This document shows, piece after piece, positions 35,609-43,975 of a DNA stretch of 64,000 bases. The stretch comes from Desulfobacteraceae bacterium (GTDB taxonomy: Bacteria > Desulfobacterota > Desulfobacteria > Desulfobacterales > JAABSP01): assembly GCA_011390345.1 (NCBI GenBank), contig JAABSP010000022.1, positions 6,206 to 70,205 of the forward strand, written 5' to 3'. The stretch's first letter is position 1; every line of letters begins with the position of its first letter. The notes under the pieces were generated by a model. It searched no databases. It saw only the letters and a program-made list of their open reading frames with translations, and had not been told where the DNA came from. The position numbers and the translations under genes were made by a program.

Positions 35609-36733
35609 ATGGCGCGGAACCTGGCCCAAAGGCTGGGGGGCACTCCCTCGGCCTGCTGGCTCTTCTGCTCCCCCGAGGCCGGGCTGGCAGAACTGCTCAA
35701 GGGGGTTCGGGAGGCCGCGGGCACCGATACGATCATCGGCTGCACCACCGACGGCGAGGTCTGTGAAGCCGGCTTCTGCACCAAATCGGCCGTCCTCGGC
35801 GGGATTCTCACCGACAGGATCGAATTCTCGGTTGTTGCCGTGGAGGGCATCGGCCGGGACCCAGAGGGGGCCGGCCGGGATCTGGCTCAAAAGCTTCCGC
35901 AGGGGACGAAATATCTCCAGCTCTTCTCCGACGGTCTGACCGGCAACGGCAACGCGATGCTTAGGGGGGTCGCATCCCATCTGGGAAATTCGGTTCCGGT
36001 GGGCGGCGGCACGGCCGGGGATGCGGGCAGGTTCCATCGCACCTGGCAGTTTATCGGAGACCGCCTTCTCACCGATGCCGCGGTCGCGATCGGCTTTTCC
36101 GGCGATTTCCGGCTCGGCACGGGCGTGGAGAGCGGCTGGATGCCCATTGGCCTTCCCAAGCGGGTGACCCGCGCTTCGGGCAATATCCTCTACGAGCTGA
36201 ACGGCGAACGGGCCCTCCGGGTCTATGAGCGGTTTCTGGGCAAACATGCCAGCCGCCTCCCCGGCGTTGGGGTGGAGTATCCCCTGCTGATCGTAGGCAA
36301 CTATGCCGGGTTTTCGGATGAGTCGGTCCGTCTGCTGCGAGCGACCATGGCCGTAGATCGGAAGAACGGTTCCATCCGATTTGCAGGCGACATCCCCGAG
36401 GGCGCGATGGTCTGCCTCACCTGCGGGGACAGGGCATCGGTGCTCAGGGCCGTGAGCAGCGCCGCAAGGCATGCTTTGGAAGATTTCAAAACAGATGCCG
36501 GCGACGGTTCCGAGGCCCTCTCCCCCGGCATCGTCTTCTCCTACTCCTGCATGGCCCGAAAGATCGTATTGGGCCGCAACACAAAAGAGGAACTCTCCCT
36601 GATCCGGCAGGCTGTCGGAACCCAGGTCCCGGTCATCGGATTCTATTCCTACGGAGAGTACTGCCGCACCCGCCGCGGAGGCCCAAGCCTTTTGCACAAC
36701 GAAACCGCCACTATCTCGGTTCTGGGAATATAA
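35609..36733 (+). CDS. FIST-domain sensor protein
   Basis: …CWLFCSPEAG…IIGCTTDGE…, …VPVGGGTAGD… and …VIGFYSYGE… follow the FIST_N/FIST_C pattern. The start is uncertain, so I used the first ATG after the previous gene. Confidence 0.7.
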   Translation: MARNLAQRLGGTPSACWLFCSPEAGLAELLKGVREAAGTDTIIGCTTDGEVCEAGFCTKSAVLGGILTDRIEFSVVAVEGIGRDPEGAGRDLAQKLPQGTKYLQLFSDGLTGNGNAMLRGVASHLGNSVPVGGGTAGDAGRFHRTWQFIGDRLLTDAAVAIGFSGDFRLGTGVESGWMPIGLPKRVTRASGNILYELNGERALRVYERFLGKHASRLPGVGVEYPLLIVGNYAGFSDESVRLLRATMAVDRKNGSIRFAGDIPEGAMVCLTCGDRASVLRAVSSAARHALEDFKTDAGDGSEALSPGIVFSYSCMARKIVLGRNTKEELSLIRQAVGTQVPVIGFYSYGEYCRTRRGGPSLLHNETATISVLGI

Positions 36734-36738
36734 GCCCT

Positions 36739-38772
36739 TTGCATTCCACAGACGACCCTGCCCAGTTGATCCGGGAGCTGGAGCGCCTCCTGGAGGTCTC
36801 GGAGCGGAAATCGGACATCCTCACGAATCTCCTTATGGAGGCCACTGCCGAGTTCGAGCAGGCCCTGGAGCGGGTCTCGGTCTCCGAGGCCAACTTCCGG
36901 GCCATCTTCGAGAACGCGCCCGAGGCCATCTACATCATCGACATCGAGACCCACGGCCTGCTCGACTGCAACCCCTTTTTGGCCAGATGGCTCGGCTATT
37001 CCCGGGAGGAGCTGCTCTCCATGCGGGTGGAGGATATCCTGGAGCCGGGCGCCAAAGGGGTTGGGGAGAACATTCGCAAAGTTGTGGATGATGGGCTGGT
37101 CTATATCCTGGAGCGGAGTTTTCGGAAAAAGAGCGGAAGGCTGGTGGAGGCCGAAGTCACCGGAACCCTGGTGAAGTATGAGGGGAAAGAGTGCTTTGTG
37201 GCCCTGGTGCGCGACATCACCGAAAGAAAGCAGATCGAGGCTTTGGGCCGGTACAAGGAACTCTTTGAAAACGTCAGCGACCCGGTCTTCATCAATGATG
37301 CGGAAGGCAATTTTTTAGAGGTCAATGATGTGGCCTGCGGCCGGCTCGGATACCCGAGAAAGAGGCTTCTGGAGATGAACATCCGGGATTTCCGGATTCC
37401 GGGGAGGGAGTCGATCTTTGTGGAAGGAAACGGCCGGCGTTTCGGCAACGGAAAGACCCTCCAGATGGATCTCATGACCCGGCAGGGGGAGGATGTCCCC
37501 TTCGAGATCCACGCGAGGCCCGTCAGCTTTCGGGGAAGCCCGGCCGTGCTCAGTGTGGCCCGGGATCTGACCATCCGGAAGAAGATGGAGGAGGTGCTGA
37601 TCAAGTCGGAGCGGCTCAAGGCTCTGGGGGAGATGGCCGGCGGGGTTGCGCACAATTTCAACAACCTTCTCCAGATGATCATGGGCGCGGGCGAGGCTGC
37701 TCTGGAAAAGCTCCGCTCCGGGCAGATCCGGGACAGCAGCGAAGCCATTGAAAACATCATCAACGCCTCCCGCCGGGGCACGGATATGGTCCGGCGGATC
37801 CGGGATTTCACTGTCTCCGGCATCGAGAACAGGCCTGAAGAGTATCGGATCTTCGATATCGGTGAGCTGATGGCTGAGGCCGTGGAGATCACAAAGCCTC
37901 TTTGGAAGAACATGGCCGACGGCGTAAAATATCGGCTCAACTATTTCCGGGGGCCCGGCTGCTTTGTCCGGTCCAATCCGTCGGAGCTGTACGAGGTGCT
38001 GGTCAATCTCATCAAAAACGGGCTGGAGGCGATGCCGGCCGGTGGACGACTCACCCTCTTCTCCTGGCTGGAGGGGGGGATGGTTCACCTCTCGATTAAA
38101 GATCAGGGGGAGGGCATTCCAAAGGAGAACCTCCAGCGGATCTTCGAGCCCTTCTTCACCACAAAGGGGCTCAGGAGCAGCGGCCTGGGGCTGGCCTCCA
38201 GCTACGGGATTGTAAAGAAGTATGACGGCGATATCGTGGTGGAGAGCGAGCCGGGAAAGGGCACGACCTTTACCCTGCTGCTGCCGCTGACCCAAAAGAT
38301 GGGCGCAGCCAGCGAGTCAAAGCCGGAGACGGGCCGTTCATCCCGCAATTCCCATATCCGGTTTCTCCTCATCGACGACGAGATCAACATCCTCCGGGCC
38401 ATGGAGATGTATTTCGAAGACTCGGAGATCGAGGTCATCTCTGCTAACAGCGGGCAAAAGGGAATGGAAGTGGTGGAAAAGGGGGATGTCGATCTGATCC
38501 TCTGCGATCTGGGGATGGACGACATGAATGGCCTGGAGATGGGAAAGCGGGTGCTGACCTTCTGCCTGGAGAGAAATCTGCCCAAGATCCCGTTTCTCCT
38601 CTATACCGGCATGATCCGGCAGCTCGACCTCAAGCGTCTGGAGGCGTCCGGGGTGGATCGGGTGGTGAGCAAGCCGATCTCCTATGAAGAACTTAAGGAG
38701 ATTATCTTTGGGACGGTTTCCCCTGCTTCATGTTCCCCATTCCGGAGAAGCGATAGACAAGGTGGCCGATGA
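36739..38772 (+). CDS. Hybrid sensor histidine kinase (2 x PAS, HisKA, HATPase, REC)
   Basis: The start is TTG. PAS segments are followed by the H-box GGVAHNFNNLLQMI, the G-boxes DQGEGI and GLGLASSYGIV, and a receiver (RFLLIDDE…DLILCDLGMDDMNG). Confidence 0.85.
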   Translation: MHSTDDPAQLIRELERLLEVSERKSDILTNLLMEATAEFEQALERVSVSEANFRAIFENAPEAIYIIDIETHGLLDCNPFLARWLGYSREELLSMRVEDILEPGAKGVGENIRKVVDDGLVYILERSFRKKSGRLVEAEVTGTLVKYEGKECFVALVRDITERKQIEALGRYKELFENVSDPVFINDAEGNFLEVNDVACGRLGYPRKRLLEMNIRDFRIPGRESIFVEGNGRRFGNGKTLQMDLMTRQGEDVPFEIHARPVSFRGSPAVLSVARDLTIRKKMEEVLIKSERLKALGEMAGGVAHNFNNLLQMIMGAGEAALEKLRSGQIRDSSEAIENIINASRRGTDMVRRIRDFTVSGIENRPEEYRIFDIGELMAEAVEITKPLWKNMADGVKYRLNYFRGPGCFVRSNPSELYEVLVNLIKNGLEAMPAGGRLTLFSWLEGGMVHLSIKDQGEGIPKENLQRIFEPFFTTKGLRSSGLGLASSYGIVKKYDGDIVVESEPGKGTTFTLLLPLTQKMGAASESKPETGRSSRNSHIRFLLIDDEINILRAMEMYFEDSEIEVISANSGQKGMEVVEKGDVDLILCDLGMDDMNGLEMGKRVLTFCLERNLPKIPFLLYTGMIRQLDLKRLEASGVDRVVSKPISYEELKEIIFGTVSPASCSPFRRSDRQGGR

Positions 38773-38793
38773 TGACTACATCGAATTCGTTCT

Positions 38794-41700
38794 TCAATTG
38801 AAGAGCCCCAACTGCACCTGGTCGGAACCTTTTTCTCCATCCTTGGCGCCGCCCCAGTCGGGCCGCTCGATGGTCAGCAGGCGCTGCTCGATATCCGCGA
38901 CAAAGGGGGAAATTTCTCCGGAAAGCTCCTTTCCGTAGAAGAAGCGTTTTCTGGCCCGGGTGAGATAGAGCCGCTCCTTTGCCCGGGTCATGCCCACATA
39001 GAAGAGGCGCCGCTCTTCGTCTGCATCCGATGGCCTTTTTCCCTCCCGCTCGAAGGGGATCAGCCCCTTTTCACATCCTGCGACAAAGACTACCGGAAAC
39101 TCCAGACCCTTTGCGCCGTGAAAGGTCATGAGCGCCACCTTCTGGGCATCCTTTTCATAGGTGTCCGGATCGGTCTGCAGGGAGAGCGCTGCAAAGAAAT
39201 CGGAGGGGATTTCAGAATGGGCTTGGGCCGTTTTCCGCAGGCGGTTCAGTGCCTCTTCCCGGCGTTGATCTCCCTCGATGGCCAGATGAAGCCCGGTGCT
39301 TTCCAGCAGCAGTTCGATTTTCTCCGGGAGGGATTTTTCCGAAGTCGTCTCCTTCAATTCGGAAATCCGGTCGATCAGCTCCGTGAGTCGGCGCTGCTCC
39401 TTTGTGGAGAGGGCGCGGATCGGAAAGGCGCGGACATGGGCAAATGCCTCTGAAAGCGGCATGATGGGATCGCTGTAATACCAGTTCCGGAATTCGGCAG
39501 CCAGTTTACTGCCCAAAGAGATGCCTGTGGTTTTGGCAATCTTTTCCAGATCATGGAATCCGGCCCGATCCTCGACCAGCTTCAGCCATCCGATCAGCTC
39601 AAAAATTCCCTTTTGGCCCCAGAGGGAGGTTCTGGCCGCGACCTGGCAGGGGATGCCCGCGCGGTCGAAGGTCTCTTGGACCGTCTTCATCTGTACATGG
39701 GTGCGGAAGAGAACCGCAAAATCGGAGAAGGCATACTCCTTTTCATGGCTCTGGGCCTTTCCGAAGTCATAGGAGTGGAAGCTCGCGCCGCCGACCATCC
39801 GCTCGATAATCTTTCCGATGGCCACGGCTTCGGCCTTTTCCGTTGGCAGTTCCAGTACCGTGAGGGTTTCGATCCCTTCTATTCCCGAATAGACCCGCGC
39901 CTCTCCGGAATGGAAGGTGGTGCTTTGGATGACCTGATGGGAGGCTTGGAGGATCGTCTCCGCGGAGCGGTAGTTCCGGCGGAGGCGGATGGTTCGGGCG
40001 TCGGGATAATCTTCTGTGAATCTGCGGAAATAGGCCACATCGGACCCTCTGAACCCGTAGATGGCCTGATCCGGATCACCGATGACAAAGAGGCGGCCTC
40101 CTTTGGGAGAGAGGAGACGGACCAGACGGTATTGGCCGTAATTGAGGTCCTGATACTCGTCGATGAAGATCCGCTCCAGCCGTTCCCGGTATTTCAAAAG
40201 GAGCTGCGGGTCATTCTCCAGCCGCTGAACCGCGGTATAGATGAGGTCTTCGAAATCAAACCGCCCGGCCTGTTCCAGGAGGGTCTGATAGATCTCATAA
40301 TGCTTTGGGAAATCTGCAAGCGCCTCTTCATCGAAGATATTTTCAAAGAGTTCCCTGCGGGAAAGTACATCCGGCGGGGGCAGCAGGTTCTGTTTGGCGA
40401 TTCCGATGCCGAGGAGCAATCTTTCGGGCCGAATCTGGTCGGCCTTTTCACCGGCCTTGTACTGGCGGATCGCCTCTCCGGCAAAATGGAGCTGCTCCTC
40501 CTCGTCGATGATGGTGATCTCCTTTCCCGATGCTTCACTCTCCTGCAGCAGCTTCAGGCAGAAGGCATGGAAGGTGGAGACCGTCGGCAGGGGAGAATCT
40601 TTCCCGATCATCTCCTGCAGACGGGTTCGCATCTCCTCTGCGGCCTTGTTGGTGAAGGTGACGGCCAGGATCGACTCCGGGGCTGCTTTCTCTTCCTCTA
40701 TCAGATGGGCGATGCGGTGGGTGAGGGTTCGGGTTTTGCCGGCCCCAGGGCCTGCGATCACCAGAAGGGGACCGTCGCCCTCCATGACCGCCCCCTCCTG
40801 TTCCGGGTTCAAGGACGGTACAGCAGGGGCGGAGATTCCATCTTCCATTTCCGATTCCGGCTTTGTTCCGGATGGCTTTGCCGCTTCCTTTGGCCGGGGA
40901 GTAGCGGAGGATTTGGGTCTCTTTTCCGGTTCGAGAGGCTTGGGCATGGGAAAGAGCGCCTGCTGCCCCAGAAGGTTTTCCATCTCCTCCTTTTCATAGA
41001 GGGTGATCCGGCCGTATTCCCCGTCATATCCCGGCAGGAGGTGAACTTCTTGTGCCCGCATCCGCCGGATCGCCTCTCCGAGCAGGGGAACGCCGCCGGT
41101 TTCAATGGCCTCGATCGGATGATCCAGGAGGATGGGAAGCTCGGGCCCCAGGAGATTGACGAGCCCGTCATAGGCCGTTCCCACCTTTTTCGTCTTCACC
41201 CCGACGCGGAGCAGTTCGGAAAGGATTTCGGCAAGAGGGATAATGTGGCGGCAGGGGAGGGCGCTTTCCGGTTTCTCCTCTTCGGGTCTGTCCGCCAGTG
41301 TCTCCACCCGGTAGAGGACTCCGATGGTGAGGGGCTTTCCGCATTCGGGGCAGGTTCCGCCTCTTTCGATGGTCTCTTTGGGATGGAGCCGGACGCGGCA
41401 TTTCCGGTGGCCGTCGTAGTGATACTTTCCCTCCTGTGGATAGAGGTCCAGGGTCCCCCGACATTTATCCGGATCACCGCTCTTCAGCGCATCCCGGAGC
41501 GCGGGATAGGAGAGGTCTGTATTGAAAAGATTGGCGTTCCGGCCCAGGTTCATGGGAGAATGGGCATCCGAGTTGGAGACCAGGGTAAAATTGTCCAGCA
41601 TGGAGACCCGCCAGTTCATGGGCGGGTCCGAGGAGAGGCCCGTTTCGACAGCAAAGATCTCCGGCGTCAGCTCTTCAAAGCACTCCTCGATGCTGTCGAA

Positions 41701-42234
41701 GCCCGATTTGGAGCCGAGCACCGAAAACCAGGGGGTCCAGATATGCGCGGGAATGAGCATCCCCTCACCCGAGCATTCCAGCAGGATCTCGAAGAGTCGC
41801 TTTGCATCCAGCCCCAAAATAGGGCGGCCGTCCGAACGGATGTTGCCGATGGCGTCGAGCTTATCCGAGAATTTTTGGGCAGCGGCAAGATCGGGCAGGA
41901 AGATGACCTGATGGTTCTTTCGGGTGCGGCCCTCCTTTTTATAGATGTTGCTGATCTCGCACTGGAGGATGAAGCGCACTTCTCCTCTGCAGGATGGGGG
42001 GACCTTTTTGTCGCACTCCCGGGCGATCTCCGGCTTCAGACGGAAGATGCCCGGTTCTGCCGGGGCCAGCTTCTCCCGGATCTCGGCAAGCCATCGGGGA
42101 TGGGTGAAATCCCCGGTTCCCACAAGGGTGATGCCCTTGATCTGTGCTGCGATATAAAGATTTTCAAGATCCAGGTTCTTTGCGGTGGCCCTTGAAAAAG
42201 AGGAATGGACATGGAGGTCGGCTGCGTATCTCAT
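38794..42234 (-). CDS. Fusion protein: N-terminal EndoQ-like PHP nuclease with zinc finger, plus C-terminal UvrD/PcrA-type helicase
   Basis: The N-terminus reads MRYAADLHVHSSFSRATAKNL…TGDFTHP…CPECGKPLTIGVLYRVE, an EndoQ-like PHP domain with a Zn ribbon. The C-terminus carries LNPEQEGAV…VIAGPGAGKTRTL…, IFIDEYQD and later UvrD motifs. I chose the ATG at 42234. Confidence 0.8.
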   Translation of the reverse strand: MRYAADLHVHSSFSRATAKNLDLENLYIAAQIKGITLVGTGDFTHPRWLAEIREKLAPAEPGIFRLKPEIARECDKKVPPSCRGEVRFILQCEISNIYKKEGRTRKNHQVIFLPDLAAAQKFSDKLDAIGNIRSDGRPILGLDAKRLFEILLECSGEGMLIPAHIWTPWFSVLGSKSGFDSIEECFEELTPEIFAVETGLSSDPPMNWRVSMLDNFTLVSNSDAHSPMNLGRNANLFNTDLSYPALRDALKSGDPDKCRGTLDLYPQEGKYHYDGHRKCRVRLHPKETIERGGTCPECGKPLTIGVLYRVETLADRPEEEKPESALPCRHIIPLAEILSELLRVGVKTKKVGTAYDGLVNLLGPELPILLDHPIEAIETGGVPLLGEAIRRMRAQEVHLLPGYDGEYGRITLYEKEEMENLLGQQALFPMPKPLEPEKRPKSSATPRPKEAAKPSGTKPESEMEDGISAPAVPSLNPEQEGAVMEGDGPLLVIAGPGAGKTRTLTHRIAHLIEEEKAAPESILAVTFTNKAAEEMRTRLQEMIGKDSPLPTVSTFHAFCLKLLQESEASGKEITIIDEEEQLHFAGEAIRQYKAGEKADQIRPERLLLGIGIAKQNLLPPPDVLSRRELFENIFDEEALADFPKHYEIYQTLLEQAGRFDFEDLIYTAVQRLENDPQLLLKYRERLERIFIDEYQDLNYGQYRLVRLLSPKGGRLFVIGDPDQAIYGFRGSDVAYFRRFTEDYPDARTIRLRRNYRSAETILQASHQVIQSTTFHSGEARVYSGIEGIETLTVLELPTEKAEAVAIGKIIERMVGGASFHSYDFGKAQSHEKEYAFSDFAVLFRTHVQMKTVQETFDRAGIPCQVAARTSLWGQKGIFELIGWLKLVEDRAGFHDLEKIAKTTGISLGSKLAAEFRNWYYSDPIMPLSEAFAHVRAFPIRALSTKEQRRLTELIDRISELKETTSEKSLPEKIELLLESTGLHLAIEGDQRREEALNRLRKTAQAHSEIPSDFFAALSLQTDPDTYEKDAQKVALMTFHGAKGLEFPVVFVAGCEKGLIPFEREGKRPSDADEERRLFYVGMTRAKERLYLTRARKRFFYGKELSGEISPFVADIEQRLLTIERPDWGGAKDGEKGSDQVQLGLFN

Positions 42235-42319
42235 AATGGCCGGATTTAAGCACAAAAGAGCGGCAAAGACAAGCATTATGCCAATCCTTGACACCCGCGC
42301 TTTTTCCCTATACCCTATT

Positions 42320-42394
42320 TCGATAGATTGGGTCTTGATAGATTGGGTTTCGATAGTCTGCGTTTTGATAGTTTGGGCATTGATAGCTCTGGAT
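42320..42394. repeat. Five phased 15-bp tandem repeats (YYGATAGNYTGSGNN)
   Basis: The units are tcgatagattgggtc, ttgatagattgggtt, tcgatagtctgcgtt, ttgatagtttgggca and ttgatagctctggat. The GATAG cores fall at 42322, 42337, 42352, 42367 and 42382. The array lies in the divergent region between the helicase and purB. Confidence 0.9.
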
Positions 42395-42491
42395 GGACCG
42401 GCAGGATCATCGGTAAGGCTTCTCACCTGCATGGAAAGAGGGAAGGGGCTTTTTTTTGAAATGACAAAACTATGATATGAGGATCGAGATC

Positions 42492-43844
42492 ATGGAGCTT
42501 TCCCCCCTGACCGCGATCTCGCCGGTGGACGGACGGTACCGGCGGGCATCGGAAAAACTGGCAGAATATTTTTCAGAGGCTGCGCTGATCAAGTACCGTG
42601 TGCTGGTGGAGATCGAGGTCTTCATCGGGATGTGCAACATCAAGCTTCCCCAGCTTCAGAAGTTCGACAAGAAGATGAAAGATCCCCTGCGGGACATCTA
42701 CCGGAACTTCACCATAGATGATGCCGCGCGGGTCAAGGCGATCGAGAAGACCACAAACCACGATGTCAAGGCCGTGGAATACTTTTTAAAGGAGAAGTTC
42801 GACGCGTTGGGTCTTTCGGATCTCAAGGAGTTCATCCACTTCGGGCTCACCTCCCAGGACATCAACAACACCGCGGTTCCCTGCGCGATGAAGGATGCCT
42901 GGCTCGATCTGCTGCTACCTGCGCTGGAAGAGCTGATCGGGAAACTGGGGACATTGGCGGCCCAATGGAGGAAGGTTCCCATGCTGGCGCGAACCCACGG
43001 GCAGCCTGCCTCCCCCACGACCCTGGGCAAGGAGTTTTTCGTCTTTGTGGAGCGGCTGATGACCCAGAAGGCGCTTCTGGAGACGGTTCCCTTTTCCGCG
43101 AAGTTCGGCGGGGCCACCGGGAATTTCAACGCGCACCATGCAGCCTATCCCGAGATTGACTGGAACGGATTTGCCGACAACCTTGTCAACAGCGTGCTGG
43201 GGCTAAACCGCTCCCGGGTGACGACCCAGATCGAGCACTATGACAACCTGGCTGCCTTCTGCGACGCGTTCCGCCGGATCAACACCATCCTCATCGACCT
43301 GGACCGGGATATCTGGACATATATCTCCATGGATTATTTCAAGCAGAAGATCGAGGAAGGGGAGGTGGGCTCTTCGGCCATGCCGCACAAGGTCAATCCC
43401 ATCGACTTCGAGAACTCCGAGGGCAACCTGGGCGTGGCCAATGCGCTCTTTGCCCATCTTGCGGAGAAGCTGCCCATATCGCGGCTTCAGCGGGATCTGA
43501 CCGATTCCACGGTGACGAGAAACATCGGCGTGCCCCTGGCCCACAGCCTGATCGGGTGGAAGTCCCTGATGAGGGGGCTGGAGAAGCTGATATTGAACCA
43601 GGAGAAGCTGAATGCGGATCTGGAGGAGAACTGGGCCGTGGTGGCCGAGGGGATTCAGACCATCCTGAGAAGAGAGGAGTATCCCGAGCCCTACGAGGCA
43701 TTGAAGAGACTGACCCGGACCCATGAGCGGATCGACCGGGAGGCCATTGCCGCTTTTATCGAAGGTCTCGATGTGGCAGAATCGGTCAAAGAGGAATTGC
43801 GGAAGCTGACGCCGCAGACCTATACGGGGATTATTGATTTTTAG
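42492..43844 (+). CDS. purB: Adenylosuccinate lyase
   Basis: MELSPLTAISPVDGRYRRASEKL… parallels E. coli PurB (MELSSLTAVSPVDGRY). The signature is …GSSAMPHKVNPIDFEN…. Confidence 0.92.
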   Translation: MELSPLTAISPVDGRYRRASEKLAEYFSEAALIKYRVLVEIEVFIGMCNIKLPQLQKFDKKMKDPLRDIYRNFTIDDAARVKAIEKTTNHDVKAVEYFLKEKFDALGLSDLKEFIHFGLTSQDINNTAVPCAMKDAWLDLLLPALEELIGKLGTLAAQWRKVPMLARTHGQPASPTTLGKEFFVFVERLMTQKALLETVPFSAKFGGATGNFNAHHAAYPEIDWNGFADNLVNSVLGLNRSRVTTQIEHYDNLAAFCDAFRRINTILIDLDRDIWTYISMDYFKQKIEEGEVGSSAMPHKVNPIDFENSEGNLGVANALFAHLAEKLPISRLQRDLTDSTVTRNIGVPLAHSLIGWKSLMRGLEKLILNQEKLNADLEENWAVVAEGIQTILRREEYPEPYEALKRLTRTHERIDREAIAAFIEGLDVAESVKEELRKLTPQTYTGIIDF

Positions 43845-43891
43845 GCGAATTTTGGGAATGAACATCCCGGCAAAGGTCTTGGGGTTTCAGC

Positions 43892-43927
43892 CTCCACTAT
43901 ATCCACTCTGTCCACTTCGTCCTTTTT
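43892..43927. repeat. Four 9-bp tandem units (ctccactat atccactct gtccacttc gtccttttt)
   Basis: Read directly from the sequence. It lies about 50 nt upstream of the ATPase-nuclease start. A related array occurs at 56399-56437. Confidence 0.6.
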
Positions 43928-43975
43928 TTAAGGGGGGATTTTGATTTCAGAAAATCGCCTTAGAAAGTCCCTTTG

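Noticed and set aside
39553-42195. 880-aa + strand ORF
   Set aside because: It is antisense to the EndoQ-UvrD gene, which has clear helicase and PHP motifs. It is a typical long shadow ORF of high-GC DNA.
42235-42432. 66-codon N-terminal extension of the helicase fusion (IKTQT/IETQS repeats)
   Set aside because: It is a translation of the 15-bp intergenic repeat array. The EndoQ-like domain begins right at MRYAADLHVHS, as in stand-alone homologues.
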